A stretch of DNA of 64,000 nt from Acidimicrobiia bacterium (GTDB lineage: Bacteria > Actinomycetota > Acidimicrobiia > IMCC26256 > PALSA-610). The stretch spans positions 372 to 64,371 of the forward strand of contig JADGOO010000113.1 of the NCBI GenBank assembly GCA_017882905.1, read 5' to 3'. Positions within the stretch are counted from its first letter, which is position 1; each line of letters begins with the position of its first letter. A model generated the notes under the pieces. That model did not search any database and was not told where the DNA came from. It worked only from the letters and a program-made list of their open reading frames with translations. A program made the translations under genes and the position numbers. Shown here piece by piece: positions 55,191 through 63,950 of this stretch.

Positions 55191-56215
55191 CGCGTCTCGA
55201 CGAGCTGGGGTTCTACACGCTCGCCGGCCATCCGAAGTCGCCACGCGAGCTGCTCGACGAAGTACAGCGCGGCGAGGAGCTCGGCCTCGGCACGGCGTTC
55301 ATATCGGAGCGCTTCAACATCAAAGAGGCGTGCGCGCTCAGCGGCGCCGCCGGCGCGGTGTCGAACGACATCCGCATCGCCACCGCGGCCACCAATCACA
55401 ACACGCGTCACCCCATCGTGACCGCCGCGTTCGCGATGACGATGCACAAGCTCACCGAAGGTCGCTTCACGCTCGGGCTCGGGCGCGGCATCGCGCCGCT
55501 GTTCGGCGCGTTCGGCATCCCGCCGATCACCACGGCGCAGATCGAGGACTTCGTCGGTCTGATGCGTCGTCTCTGGCGCGGCGAGGTGGTGTTCGGCCAC
55601 GACGGTCCGGCCGGCAAGTTCCCCGTGCTCTCGCTCGGCTCCGAGTACGACGAGCACATCCCTATGGGGTTCACGGCATTCGGGCCGAACTCGCTCGCGC
55701 TCGGCGGCCGCGCGTTCGACATGGTCGTGCTGCACACGTTCTTCACCGACGAGACCACCGCTCGCTGCGTGGAGACGGTGAAGAGCGCTGCACTCGACGC
55801 GGGGCGCGATCCGGCTTCCGTGCAGGTGTGGTCGTGCTTCGCAACGGTGGGAGATCACATCGCGCCGGAGCTGCAGTTGAAGAAGACCGTCGGTCGCCTC
55901 GCCACCTACTTGCAGGGTTACGGCGATCTGCTCGTGCGTACGAACAACTGGGATCCTGGCGTGCTCGAGCGCTTCCGGGCCGACCAGTTCGTCGCGGGCT
56001 TTCGCGGCGGCTTCGACACGCTCGGCACCACCGAGGATCTGGAGCGCATCGCGCCGTTGATCCCCGACGAGTGGCTCGCGCCGATGGCGAGCGGCACACC
56101 GCAGCAGTGCGTCGCCGCGATCCAAGGGCAGTTCGACCTCGGGTGCGACGGCGTGATCCTGCACGGCGCCACGCCCGACGAGCTCGCCCCCGTCGTCGCC
56201 GCCTACCGCGCGTAG
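55187..56215 (+). CDS. LLM-class F420-dependent oxidoreductase (TIGR03857-like)
   Basis: LGFYTLAG, FISERFNIKEA, ATAATNHNTRHP, VVLHTF, ILHGATP. Confidence 0.85.
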   Translation: MTRLDELGFYTLAGHPKSPRELLDEVQRGEELGLGTAFISERFNIKEACALSGAAGAVSNDIRIATAATNHNTRHPIVTAAFAMTMHKLTEGRFTLGLGRGIAPLFGAFGIPPITTAQIEDFVGLMRRLWRGEVVFGHDGPAGKFPVLSLGSEYDEHIPMGFTAFGPNSLALGGRAFDMVVLHTFFTDETTARCVETVKSAALDAGRDPASVQVWSCFATVGDHIAPELQLKKTVGRLATYLQGYGDLLVRTNNWDPGVLERFRADQFVAGFRGGFDTLGTTEDLERIAPLIPDEWLAPMASGTPQQCVAAIQGQFDLGCDGVILHGATPDELAPVVAAYRA

Positions 56216-56225
56216 CCTCGGGCGC

Positions 56226-57248
56226 GTGCCCAAGGACACCTCCGAGGTCGTGATGGTCGAGGCCGCCGGCCGGTCGGTGCGCATCACGCATCCCGAGAAG
56301 ATCTTCTTCCCGGCAATCGACGCCACGAAGCTCGACCTCGTGCACTACTACCTCGCCGTCGAGGCGCCGATCATGCGCACGATGGGCGGACGGCCCACGT
56401 TGATGGAGCGCTACCCCGACGGCGCGGGCAAGAACTCCTTCTTCCAAAAGCGCGTCCCGAAGGACACGCCCGAGTGGGTGCAGACCACGGTCGTGAGCAC
56501 TCCCAACGGCACCGAATCGAACGCGCTGGTCGTCGCCGACATCGCGCACATCTTGTGGGCCGTCAACATGGGCTGCCTCGGCTTCCACGTGTGGCCGTAT
56601 CGCGCCGATGATCCGGAGCACGCCGACGAGCTGCGCATCGATCTCGATCCGACGCCGGGTGTCACCTTTGCGATGGTGCAGGAGGCCGCGCACGAGACGA
56701 AGAAGCTCTTCGACGAGTGCGGCATCCGCGCCTGGCCAAAGACAACCGGCAATCGCGGCCTGCACATCTACGTGCACGCCGAACCGCGCTGGACGTCGTA
56801 CGACGTGCGAGCGTGTGCCGTCGCCGTGGCCCGCGAGCTCGCGCGGCGCCGCCCCGATCTCATCACCGACGCGTGGTGGAAGGAAGAACGCGGCGCGCGT
56901 GTGTTCATCGACTTCAACCAGAACGCGCCGCACAAGACCGTCTTCGGTGCATGGGCCGTGCGGCCACGAGTCACCGGCGAGGTGTCGACGCCGCTCGCCT
57001 GGTCGGAGATCGACGACATCACGCCCGAGCAGTTCACGCTGTGGACGGTGCCGCCGCGCGTGGCCGAGCACGGCGATCCGTGGCTCGACTACGGCACCGT
57101 GCCTCAAGACCTCACGCCGCTGCTCGAGATGTCGGCCCGCGACATGGAGAGCGGTTTGCAAGACGCACCGTGGCCACCTGTGTATCCCAAGCAGCCCAAC
57201 GAACCGCCGCGCGTCGCGCCGAGTCGGGCGAAGAAGCTCGCCGACTAG
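56226..57248 (+). CDS. Stand-alone LigD-type primase-polymerase (Prim-PolC/PolD1-like)
   Basis: ELRIDLDP, KTTGNRGLH, WWKEERGARVFIDFNQN, C-terminal PPVYPKQPNEPPRV extension. Confidence 0.85.
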   Translation: MPKDTSEVVMVEAAGRSVRITHPEKIFFPAIDATKLDLVHYYLAVEAPIMRTMGGRPTLMERYPDGAGKNSFFQKRVPKDTPEWVQTTVVSTPNGTESNALVVADIAHILWAVNMGCLGFHVWPYRADDPEHADELRIDLDPTPGVTFAMVQEAAHETKKLFDECGIRAWPKTTGNRGLHIYVHAEPRWTSYDVRACAVAVARELARRRPDLITDAWWKEERGARVFIDFNQNAPHKTVFGAWAVRPRVTGEVSTPLAWSEIDDITPEQFTLWTVPPRVAEHGDPWLDYGTVPQDLTPLLEMSARDMESGLQDAPWPPVYPKQPNEPPRVAPSRAKKLAD

Positions 57249-57257
57249 ACAGTGCGC

Positions 57258-57668
57258 ATGGTCAGCCGTTTCACGACCCTCACCGTCGACGCGCACGACC
57301 CCGAACGCCTCGCGCAGTTCTGGACGGCGCTGTTGGGCTGGACGATCGCACCACCATCGGCCAACGACGCCGACGACCCCGATGACGACGACGAAGAGAT
57401 CGAGATCTGCGGGACCGGCAACGGGCCGACGATCCTGTTCATCAAGGTGCCCGAGGCGAAGACGGTGAAGAACCGATTGCACCTCGACCTGAATGCGACC
57501 GACGGCGCCGACCAGGCCGCCGAGGTGGAACGCGCGCTCGCGCTCGGTGCGACGCCGGTCGACGTGGGCCAGCGCAACGTGAGCTGGGTGGTGCTCGCCG
57601 ACCCCGAGGGCAACGAGTTCTGCATCCTGCGCTCCACGGTGCACCCCGAACCGGGCCCAGAGCGCTGA
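57258..57668 (+). CDS. VOC/glyoxalase-like protein
   Basis: LAQFWTALLGW, KNRLHLDL, LADPEGNEFC. Confidence 0.88.
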   Translation: MVSRFTTLTVDAHDPERLAQFWTALLGWTIAPPSANDADDPDDDDEEIEICGTGNGPTILFIKVPEAKTVKNRLHLDLNATDGADQAAEVERALALGATPVDVGQRNVSWVVLADPEGNEFCILRSTVHPEPGPER

Positions 57669-57670
57669 CC

Positions 57671-57919
57671 ATGGCCGACGCCCCCAACTACCAGCTGAGC
57701 GACGCGTTGGTCGAGAGCCTCGACAACGGCTTCGACCCGCTGCGCGACCGGCTGGCCGACCTCGGCGATGACGAGTACCTGTGGGAGCCGGCACCCGAAG
57801 TGTGGGGCCCGTACGCGCACCACGCACGACTGCATCTCGCGTTCCACGCCGAACGTGAGCTCATCCACCACGCTGCCGAGATCATGTTGCTACGCGACCT
57901 GTACCGCGCGACTCGGTGA
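57671..57919 (+). pseudogene. Internally shortened DinB-family protein (82 aa)
   Basis: RLADLGDDEYLWEP joined directly to WGPYA...ELIHHAAEIMLLRDLY. Confidence 0.5.
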
Positions 57920-57995
57920 GACCGGCACCCTCGACCTCGAGGGCGCGCGTCGCGCTACGGTGCCGGATCCAGATCGGCGAGGCGCAGGGGTTGCG

Positions 57996-58463
57996 ATGTA
58001 CAACACGATCGTGGTCGGTACCGACGGATCCGAGACGGCCGGCGCGGCCCTTGCACACGCAGTGGCGCTCGCCGCGTCGTTCGGGAGCGACTTGCACATC
58101 GTGCACGCCTACCGCACGATCTCCGCGAGCGACGTGGTGTCGTCGGCCGCGGCGGGCACCGCGATGCCCGACTTCGCTTCGGTGAACGAAGGCATCAAGG
58201 CCACGAGCGAACATGTGCTCGCGCACAGCCTCGCCACCGCGGAGAGCGCCGGGGTCAAAGCGCACGGCCATGCGTTCCCGGGCGACGCCGCCGACGCGCT
58301 CGTGAGCACCGCCGAGCAGGTGAGCGCCGACGTGATCGTGGTCGGTAACCGCGGCATGAGCGGCTTACGGCGTTTCGTGCTCGGCAGTGTGCCGAACAAG
58401 GTCGCGCACCACTGCCCGTGCAGCGTCTTGATCGTCAACACCACCGGCGACGCGTCGAGCTGA
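57996..58463 (+). CDS. Universal stress protein
   Basis: IVVGTDGS, IVVGNRG, LGSVPNKVAHHCPCSVLIV. Confidence 0.92.
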   Translation: MYNTIVVGTDGSETAGAALAHAVALAASFGSDLHIVHAYRTISASDVVSSAAAGTAMPDFASVNEGIKATSEHVLAHSLATAESAGVKAHGHAFPGDAADALVSTAEQVSADVIVVGNRGMSGLRRFVLGSVPNKVAHHCPCSVLIVNTTGDASS

Positions 58464-58480
58464 GTCGGCGGTCGCGGAGC

Positions 58481-59707
58481 TCAGAACCGGAAGCTGCACA
58501 GCGGCAAGGGCTTGCCGCTGTTCGGTCGTTGCGGAGGCAGGCACGCGTCGCGGCCACCGGCGGCCGGCATGGGCAGTCGCGCGGCGTCATCTCGGCTCAG
58601 CACCGCCGACAGCTGGCCGACGTCGCGCGGGGCGAGTCCGAGATCTCGCGTGGTTCGATCGGCGACGTCGTGCACGAGGATCCGCACTTCAGTGCCATCC
58701 GCGGATGCCGCCGCAATGTCGATGCGGTTGCTGTCGGGGCTCCACGCCAGCGACGCGTACCGCGTGCGCGTGTCGATCTGGTCGACGACCGTTCCCGTGA
58801 CGGCGTCGACCACGACGATCTGAGCAGTGCCGCCCGCTGACGCGGCGTCGGGCCACGCGGGAAGCGCGAGGTGACCTCCGTCGGGCGAGAAGGCGAACTG
58901 GCTCAGCGACAGCGTTCTGCCGCTCAACGACAGGGCGATGTGTCGTGTCGAGCCGGTGCGCAGATCGGTGAGCTCGAGCGTGCGGTCGCAGCGATCACAC
59001 CACGCGAGCAGCGAGCCGAAGGCAGGCGCGGCCGAAGCCCGCGCGTTCCCCAGGTGGCGCGTGATGCGACCCGATCGCGCGTCCCAAATGTCGATTCCCG
59101 TCGGGCTCTCGAACGCGAGACCGCCGGGGACACCCGTGACCGCGACCTCCGCCGGGGCCGGGGCCGCGTCCTGCAGCAGCACGCGGCCACGCAGGTCGAC
59201 AAGACGTTCCGTCGGCGTCTGCACCTTTCCGTACGACGTCAGCCAGACCGCGCCCGGCTCCGTGGCGGGCACGAAGACGCCGGCGCCGAGGTGGCGCGAT
59301 GCTCCACCCGTGAAGGGCGCCGCGTACACGTCGCCCCAACCCACGACGAAGGTGTCCCCGACCCGCTCTGACAGGAACGGTTGGTCGCCGGGGCGCCAAC
59401 CATCGAGCGGGTGGTGCGTGGCGACGTGCGTCGCGAGGTTCACGGTGAGCACGCCACCGGTGTCGTCGAACACGAGCACGTCGGAGATCGCAGTCGGCGC
59501 GGCCGGCCGCACTCGCACACGGCTCGGCGTGCCTCCCCCGCCGGCGCGAGCAATCGCCGCGACCACCACGATCACGGCGATCACCGCGGCCCCGGTGGCC
59601 CGCCGCAGCTGGCGGCGATGGCGCACGCGCCGCTTCACGTCGGCAAGGTCGAAGGCAGGTTCGATGAGCCCCACTGCCTCGTCGAGTCGTTCAGCCAGCA
59701 GCGTCAT
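58481..59707 (-). CDS. Membrane-anchored beta-propeller-like protein, probable anti-sigma partner
   Basis: N-terminal basic helix (VKRRVRHRR) plus TM, then FSPDG/WSPDS repeats; overlaps the sigma gene. Confidence 0.55.
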   Translation of the reverse strand: MTLLAERLDEAVGLIEPAFDLADVKRRVRHRRQLRRATGAAVIAVIVVVAAIARAGGGGTPSRVRVRPAAPTAISDVLVFDDTGGVLTVNLATHVATHHPLDGWRPGDQPFLSERVGDTFVVGWGDVYAAPFTGGASRHLGAGVFVPATEPGAVWLTSYGKVQTPTERLVDLRGRVLLQDAAPAPAEVAVTGVPGGLAFESPTGIDIWDARSGRITRHLGNARASAAPAFGSLLAWCDRCDRTLELTDLRTGSTRHIALSLSGRTLSLSQFAFSPDGGHLALPAWPDAASAGGTAQIVVVDAVTGTVVDQIDTRTRYASLAWSPDSNRIDIAAASADGTEVRILVHDVADRTTRDLGLAPRDVGQLSAVLSRDDAARLPMPAAGGRDACLPPQRPNSGKPLPLCSFRF

Positions 59708-60197
59708 TGATCGTCTCCTCCGCATCCACGAGCCCCGCCGCGCGCAAGTTGGCGAGTGCCTTGAAGGTGTGCGCTTTCACGGTGCCCGCTCGACAGTCGA
59801 GGACGCGCGCCGTCTCCGCGACGTCGAGCCCGAGATAGAACCGCGCCACGATCACCGCGCGTTGGCGTTCGGGGAGCGCGCGCACGGCGTCGCGCACGGC
59901 GATCGCGTCGGCGGTGTCGGGGAGCGGCGAACGGTCGATGAGGCGGCTGCGAGCGCGGCGCTCGACTGCTGCGCGGCGGAACGCCGATCTCGCCACGTTG
60001 AACGCGGTGCGGTAGGTCCATGCCTCGGGCGACGCCATGGCGCCCACCCGGGCCCACCGTTCGAACGCTCGGGTCAGCGCTTCTTGGGCGTACTCCTCGG
60101 CGAGGCGACGGTCGCCGCAATACAGCGTGAGCGAACCGACCAGGCGCGGCCCGACGCGGGCGAAGAACCGCTCCTGCTCGCACTCAAGGTCGTTCAT
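59691..60197 (-). CDS. ECF RNA polymerase sigma factor (SigE-like)
   Basis: AEEYAQEAL, AWTYRTAFN, LPERQRAVIVARFY, GTVKAHTFKAL. Confidence 0.88.
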   Translation of the reverse strand: MNDLECEQERFFARVGPRLVGSLTLYCGDRRLAEEYAQEALTRAFERWARVGAMASPEAWTYRTAFNVARSAFRRAAVERRARSRLIDRSPLPDTADAIAVRDAVRALPERQRAVIVARFYLGLDVAETARVLDCRAGTVKAHTFKALANLRAAGLVDAEETINDAAG

Positions 60198-60208
60198 GCA
60201 ACCCAAGG

Positions 60209-60235
60209 AACGCTCGAGGCACCACGACGGTTTAC
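60209..60235 (-). promoter_or_regulatory. Candidate ECF-type autoregulatory promoter GTAAACC-N16-CGTT
   Basis: AAC-containing -35 and CGT-containing -10 geometry directly upstream of the sigma ATG. Confidence 0.4.
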
Positions 60236-60301
60236 TCCCGGAGCTCGAATGCTGGCGCAGGCGTCGACGTGCGGGCGCGCGGCGGTGGGCGCTCGGCGCC
60301 G

Positions 60302-61435
60302 TCAGAGTGCGCGGTACACGGCGTCGATCAGCGCACGGTTGCGAGTGCTCTGCCAGCGAGGGATCACGTGGTTCATCACGTACCCGAACGCCACGCCGGC
60401 ATCGGGGTCGGCGAACCCGACCGCACCGCCGGTGCCGAAGTGACCGAAGCTGCGTGGGTTCGGGCCGAACGGCCGCCGTGCCACGGTGGGCTTGAACCCG
60501 AGACCGAATGTGACCTCTTCGCCGAGCACCGGACAGAAGCCCACCGACTGGGCACGGGTCGCCTCGGCGAGCAGGTCCGGCGAGAGCAGCCGGTCCGGTT
60601 CGAGCAACGCCGCGTAGAGGCGCGCGACGCCCTGCGCCGATCCGTGCCCGTTCGTCGACGGCACTTCGGCGCGCCGCCACTCGGGCGAGTTCACGACACC
60701 CATCGACGAGTACCCCGGCGGATTGAAGTAGCTGAGCGACACCATCAACGCGTCGCCGGCGAGACCGTCGAGATCGATCTCGCCGAGCGGTCGCGGCGCG
60801 GCCCAGATCACGTCGGCGCACCGAGGTTGCACTTCGCCGGGCATCCCCCACCAGAGATCGGCGTCGATCTCGTCGGCGAGCCCGCGCAGGCGCGCGCCGG
60901 GCATGATGCCGGTGCCGCGCCGGACGATCTCACCGATCAGATGGCCGTACGTGTTCGTGTGGTAGGCGTGGCGCGTCCCGGGCTCCCACCATGGCGCGGT
61001 TGCCGCGAGCGCATCGGTCATGCGCTCCCAGTGCCACAGATCGTCGTTCGCGAGCGGCTCGCGGATCGCGGGCACTCCGGCACGGTGGCTGAGCGCATGG
61101 CGCACCGTGGCCGCACCTTTGCCGGCCGCGGCGAACTCCGGCCACAGCGACGTGATCGGATCGTCGAGACCGATCACGCCTTCGTCGACGAGCTGGAGTG
61201 CGAGCAGCCCAATGATCGCCTTGCCCACCGAGTAGAAGTTCACGAGCGTGTCGGGCTGCCACTCGCGGGTGCGCGCTTCGTCGGCCCACCCGCCGTGCAG
61301 ATCCACGACGATCTCGCCGTCGACGATCACGCACACTGCCGCGCCCACCTCGCCCCGCTCGGCGAAGCTCGTCGCGAAGGCCTCGCGCACGCCGTCAAAC
61401 CGTGACGCGCACGTTCCGCCGATCGGGGTGGACAC
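60302..61435 (-). CDS. Serine hydrolase (class C beta-lactamase/esterase family)
   Basis: FYSVGK (SxxK), AYHTNTYG, FGHFGTGG. Confidence 0.88.
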   Translation of the reverse strand: MSTPIGGTCASRFDGVREAFATSFAERGEVGAAVCVIVDGEIVVDLHGGWADEARTREWQPDTLVNFYSVGKAIIGLLALQLVDEGVIGLDDPITSLWPEFAAAGKGAATVRHALSHRAGVPAIREPLANDDLWHWERMTDALAATAPWWEPGTRHAYHTNTYGHLIGEIVRRGTGIMPGARLRGLADEIDADLWWGMPGEVQPRCADVIWAAPRPLGEIDLDGLAGDALMVSLSYFNPPGYSSMGVVNSPEWRRAEVPSTNGHGSAQGVARLYAALLEPDRLLSPDLLAEATRAQSVGFCPVLGEEVTFGLGFKPTVARRPFGPNPRSFGHFGTGGAVGFADPDAGVAFGYVMNHVIPRWQSTRNRALIDAVYRAL

Positions 61436-61523
61436 GCGCGTGAGTCTCGCGTTGCGTGAGGCCGGCGGCGATTCGAGTCAGTGGGATCAGGCTCGTCGAG
61501 CCGGGTCGACGACGACCTGACGC

Positions 61524-61556
61524 TTGACACCTATTGCACTAGTTGCCTAGCGTAAT
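61524..61556 (+). promoter_or_regulatory. Sigma-70 promoter (TTGACA-N18-TAGCGT), leaderless, with an overlapping inverted-repeat operator
   Basis: TTGACA 61524-29, TAGCGT 61548-53, GTG 6 nt later; attgcactag-ttgc-ctagcgtaat at 61533-56. Confidence 0.75.
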
Positions 61557-61559
61557 GCC

Positions 61560-61958
61560 GTGATCGCCTTCCGGATCGACACGAAGTCGGGTGTGCCGCC
61601 CTACATGCAGATCGTCCAGCAGGTGGGCCACGCGTTGCGTGTGGGCCTGCTCGACGTGGGCGACCAGCTCCCCACCGTGAAGGAGGTGGTGGCGAGCGTG
61701 GCCATCAACCCCAACACGGTGCTCAAGGCCTACCGAGAGCTCGAGCGCGCCGGGTTCGTGGAAGGCCGGCCCGGTGTGGGCACCTTCGTCACGCGCCGGC
61801 CGCCCGGCCCGCCGGCGGGCGCGCACATCGCACTCGCGCGCAGCCTGGCTCGCTGGGTCGACAAGGCCCGCGCCGCCGGTCTCGACGACGAGTCCATCGA
61901 AGGTCTCGTGCGCTCGACCCTCTACTCCGATCGCGACGCCGGCGAAGGAGCAGCATGA
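61560..61958 (+). CDS. GntR family regulator, YtrA subfamily
   Basis: PPYMQIVQQV, GDQLPTV, INPNTVLKAYRELE, PGVGTFV; 132 aa; precedes an ABC ATPase. Confidence 0.9.
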   Translation: MIAFRIDTKSGVPPYMQIVQQVGHALRVGLLDVGDQLPTVKEVVASVAINPNTVLKAYRELERAGFVEGRPGVGTFVTRRPPGPPAGAHIALARSLARWVDKARAAGLDDESIEGLVRSTLYSDRDAGEGAA

Positions 61959-62869
61959 CCACCCGGGTCGCCATCGCCCCGGTCGCCATCGCCACGCACG
62001 ACCTCACCAAGCAGTACCGCGCGAAGACAGCGCTGTCGCGCTGTTCGATCGAGGTACCCGAAGGCAGCGTGTCGGCGCTCGTCGGCGCGAACGGCACGGG
62101 CAAGACCACGCTCTTACAGATCCTCGCGGGATTGAGCCAGGCGACTCGTGGCGAGGCCGAGGTGCTCGGACGCGCACCGACGCAGGATCCCGCGTTCCTC
62201 GCCGAGGTCGGGTTCCTCGCCCAAGAGATCCCGCTGTACCGCCGCATGACCGCGAACGACCACATCGGGATGGGCGCGCACCTGAACCGACGGTGGGACT
62301 CGGCCGCCGCACGCTCGCGCGTCGAAAGTCTCGACATCCCGCTCGACCAGCCCGTGGGCACGCTGTCGGGCGGCCAGCGCGCACAGGTCGCACTCACGCT
62401 CGCGCTGGCCAAGCGGCCGCGTGTGCTCCTGCTCGACGAACCGGTGGCCGCGCTCGATCCGCTCGCGCGCCGCCAGTTCATCGCCGCCTTGGGCGTCGCC
62501 GTTGCCGACGGCGATCTCACGGTGCTGCTGTCGTCGCACCTCGTGAACGACCTCGAGCGCGTGTGCGATCACATGGTGCTGCTCGCCGACTCACGCCCGC
62601 AGCTCTGTGGCGAGATCGACACGCTCCTCGCCGAGCACAAGGTGCTGATCGGCCCCCGCCGCGACACGTCGGTGATCGAGCGCGCGCACACCGTGGTGCA
62701 GGCCGAGACCACCGCGCGCCAGACGACCCTGCTCATCCGCGTGCGCGGTCCGCTGATCGATCCGAGCTGGGAGGTGCACGACGTGGCCCTCGAGGAGCTC
62801 GTGCTCGCCTACATGGGTCGGGCGGCTGAGCTGTCGCGCGCCCGCCAGGTGATGGGAGCAGCAGGATGA
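61955..62869 (+). CDS. ABC transporter ATP-binding protein
   Basis: GANGTGKTT, LSGGQ, LLLDEP, SSH. Confidence 0.92.
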   Translation: MTTRVAIAPVAIATHDLTKQYRAKTALSRCSIEVPEGSVSALVGANGTGKTTLLQILAGLSQATRGEAEVLGRAPTQDPAFLAEVGFLAQEIPLYRRMTANDHIGMGAHLNRRWDSAAARSRVESLDIPLDQPVGTLSGGQRAQVALTLALAKRPRVLLLDEPVAALDPLARRQFIAALGVAVADGDLTVLLSSHLVNDLERVCDHMVLLADSRPQLCGEIDTLLAEHKVLIGPRRDTSVIERAHTVVQAETTARQTTLLIRVRGPLIDPSWEVHDVALEELVLAYMGRAAELSRARQVMGAAG

Positions 62870-63825
62870 CCTGGCTCGTCTGGCGTCAGCACCGCACCGA
62901 CGCGCTGTTCGCGCTCGGCGCGTTGGCCGTGTTCGTGCTGGTTGCTGCGCTGACCGGCGTGCACATGGCCGGCACCTACCACGCGGCGTTGCACTCCTGC
63001 GCGGCCACGGGCTCGTGTGACTCGGTCGGCGATCACCTCTTCTCGGGCGACGGCGCCATCATCGATCTGATCAACCTGACCGTGATCGTGCCGGTGCTCA
63101 TCGGCGTGTTCTGGGGTGCGCCACTTCTCGCCCGGGAGGTCGAACAGGGAACCCACAAGCTCATCTGGACGCAGACGGTCACGCGTCGCCGGTGGCTGGC
63201 CGGCAACGTGGTCGCCATCCTCGCCGCGGCCACGTTCATCGGTGTGGCGCTCACCGTCACCGTCACGTGGTGGTCGCGCACGTTCGATCTCATCGGGCAC
63301 AACCGGTTCCAGCCCGGCCACTTCGACGTGCAGGGCATCGTGCCGGTGGCATATGCGCTGTTCGGCGCCACGCTCGGGCTCGCCGCCGGCGCGCTGTTGC
63401 GGCGCACACTCGCCGCACTCGCGGCAACAGTGGGCGTGATGGTGGCGCTGCGCGTGATCGTCGTCAACTACGTACGCCCGCACTACGTCACCGCGGTCAC
63501 GAAGCTCGTGTCGCTCACGGCGGCGAGCTCGGGCGTCGACGGCTCCAGCTGGCCGCTGCACACGCACATCGTCGACAGCAAGGGCATCAACGTCACCGAC
63601 AACGGCAACCTCGTCGCCGCCATGCCGAACGCATGTCGCCGGCTCATCGGGCCGGGCCGCGTCGGCGTCGAGAGCTGCCTCGACCGCTACGGCTACCGGA
63701 TGCAGATCATGTACCAACCGGCCAACCGCTTCTGGACGTTTCAGGTGATCGAGTCAGGCATCTTCGTGGCTCTCGCCGTGGTGCTCGTGGGCGCCGCGTT
63801 CGTGTTGGTGCAACGCGACGCGTAG
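62866..63825 (+). CDS. ABC-2 type permease
   Basis: WLVWRQHR, GVFWGAPLLAREVEQGT, multiple TM helices, YQPANRFWTFQ. Confidence 0.85.
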   Translation: MTWLVWRQHRTDALFALGALAVFVLVAALTGVHMAGTYHAALHSCAATGSCDSVGDHLFSGDGAIIDLINLTVIVPVLIGVFWGAPLLAREVEQGTHKLIWTQTVTRRRWLAGNVVAILAAATFIGVALTVTVTWWSRTFDLIGHNRFQPGHFDVQGIVPVAYALFGATLGLAAGALLRRTLAALAATVGVMVALRVIVVNYVRPHYVTAVTKLVSLTAASSGVDGSSWPLHTHIVDSKGINVTDNGNLVAAMPNACRRLIGPGRVGVESCLDRYGYRMQIMYQPANRFWTFQVIESGIFVALAVVLVGAAFVLVQRDA

Positions 63826-63843
63826 CGCGCTACATCAACACGC

Positions 63844-63867
63844 GCCCATCTTTGTGTGTGGATGGGC
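63844..63867 (+). terminator. Stem-loop after the ABC operon
   Basis: gcccatc-N10-gatgggc; no U tract. Confidence 0.35.
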
Positions 63868-63950
63868 ACGCTGCGCCGCGCGAGCGCCTCCCCGCCTGCT
63901 GAGATGAGCCCGCGCGTTCCTCGCGCCCGAGCCGACCTGGGGGATCGCCC

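Noticed and set aside
60302-61435. True beta-lactamase resistance gene
   Set aside because: No signal peptide; sequence resembles cytoplasmic EstA/EstB-type serine esterases
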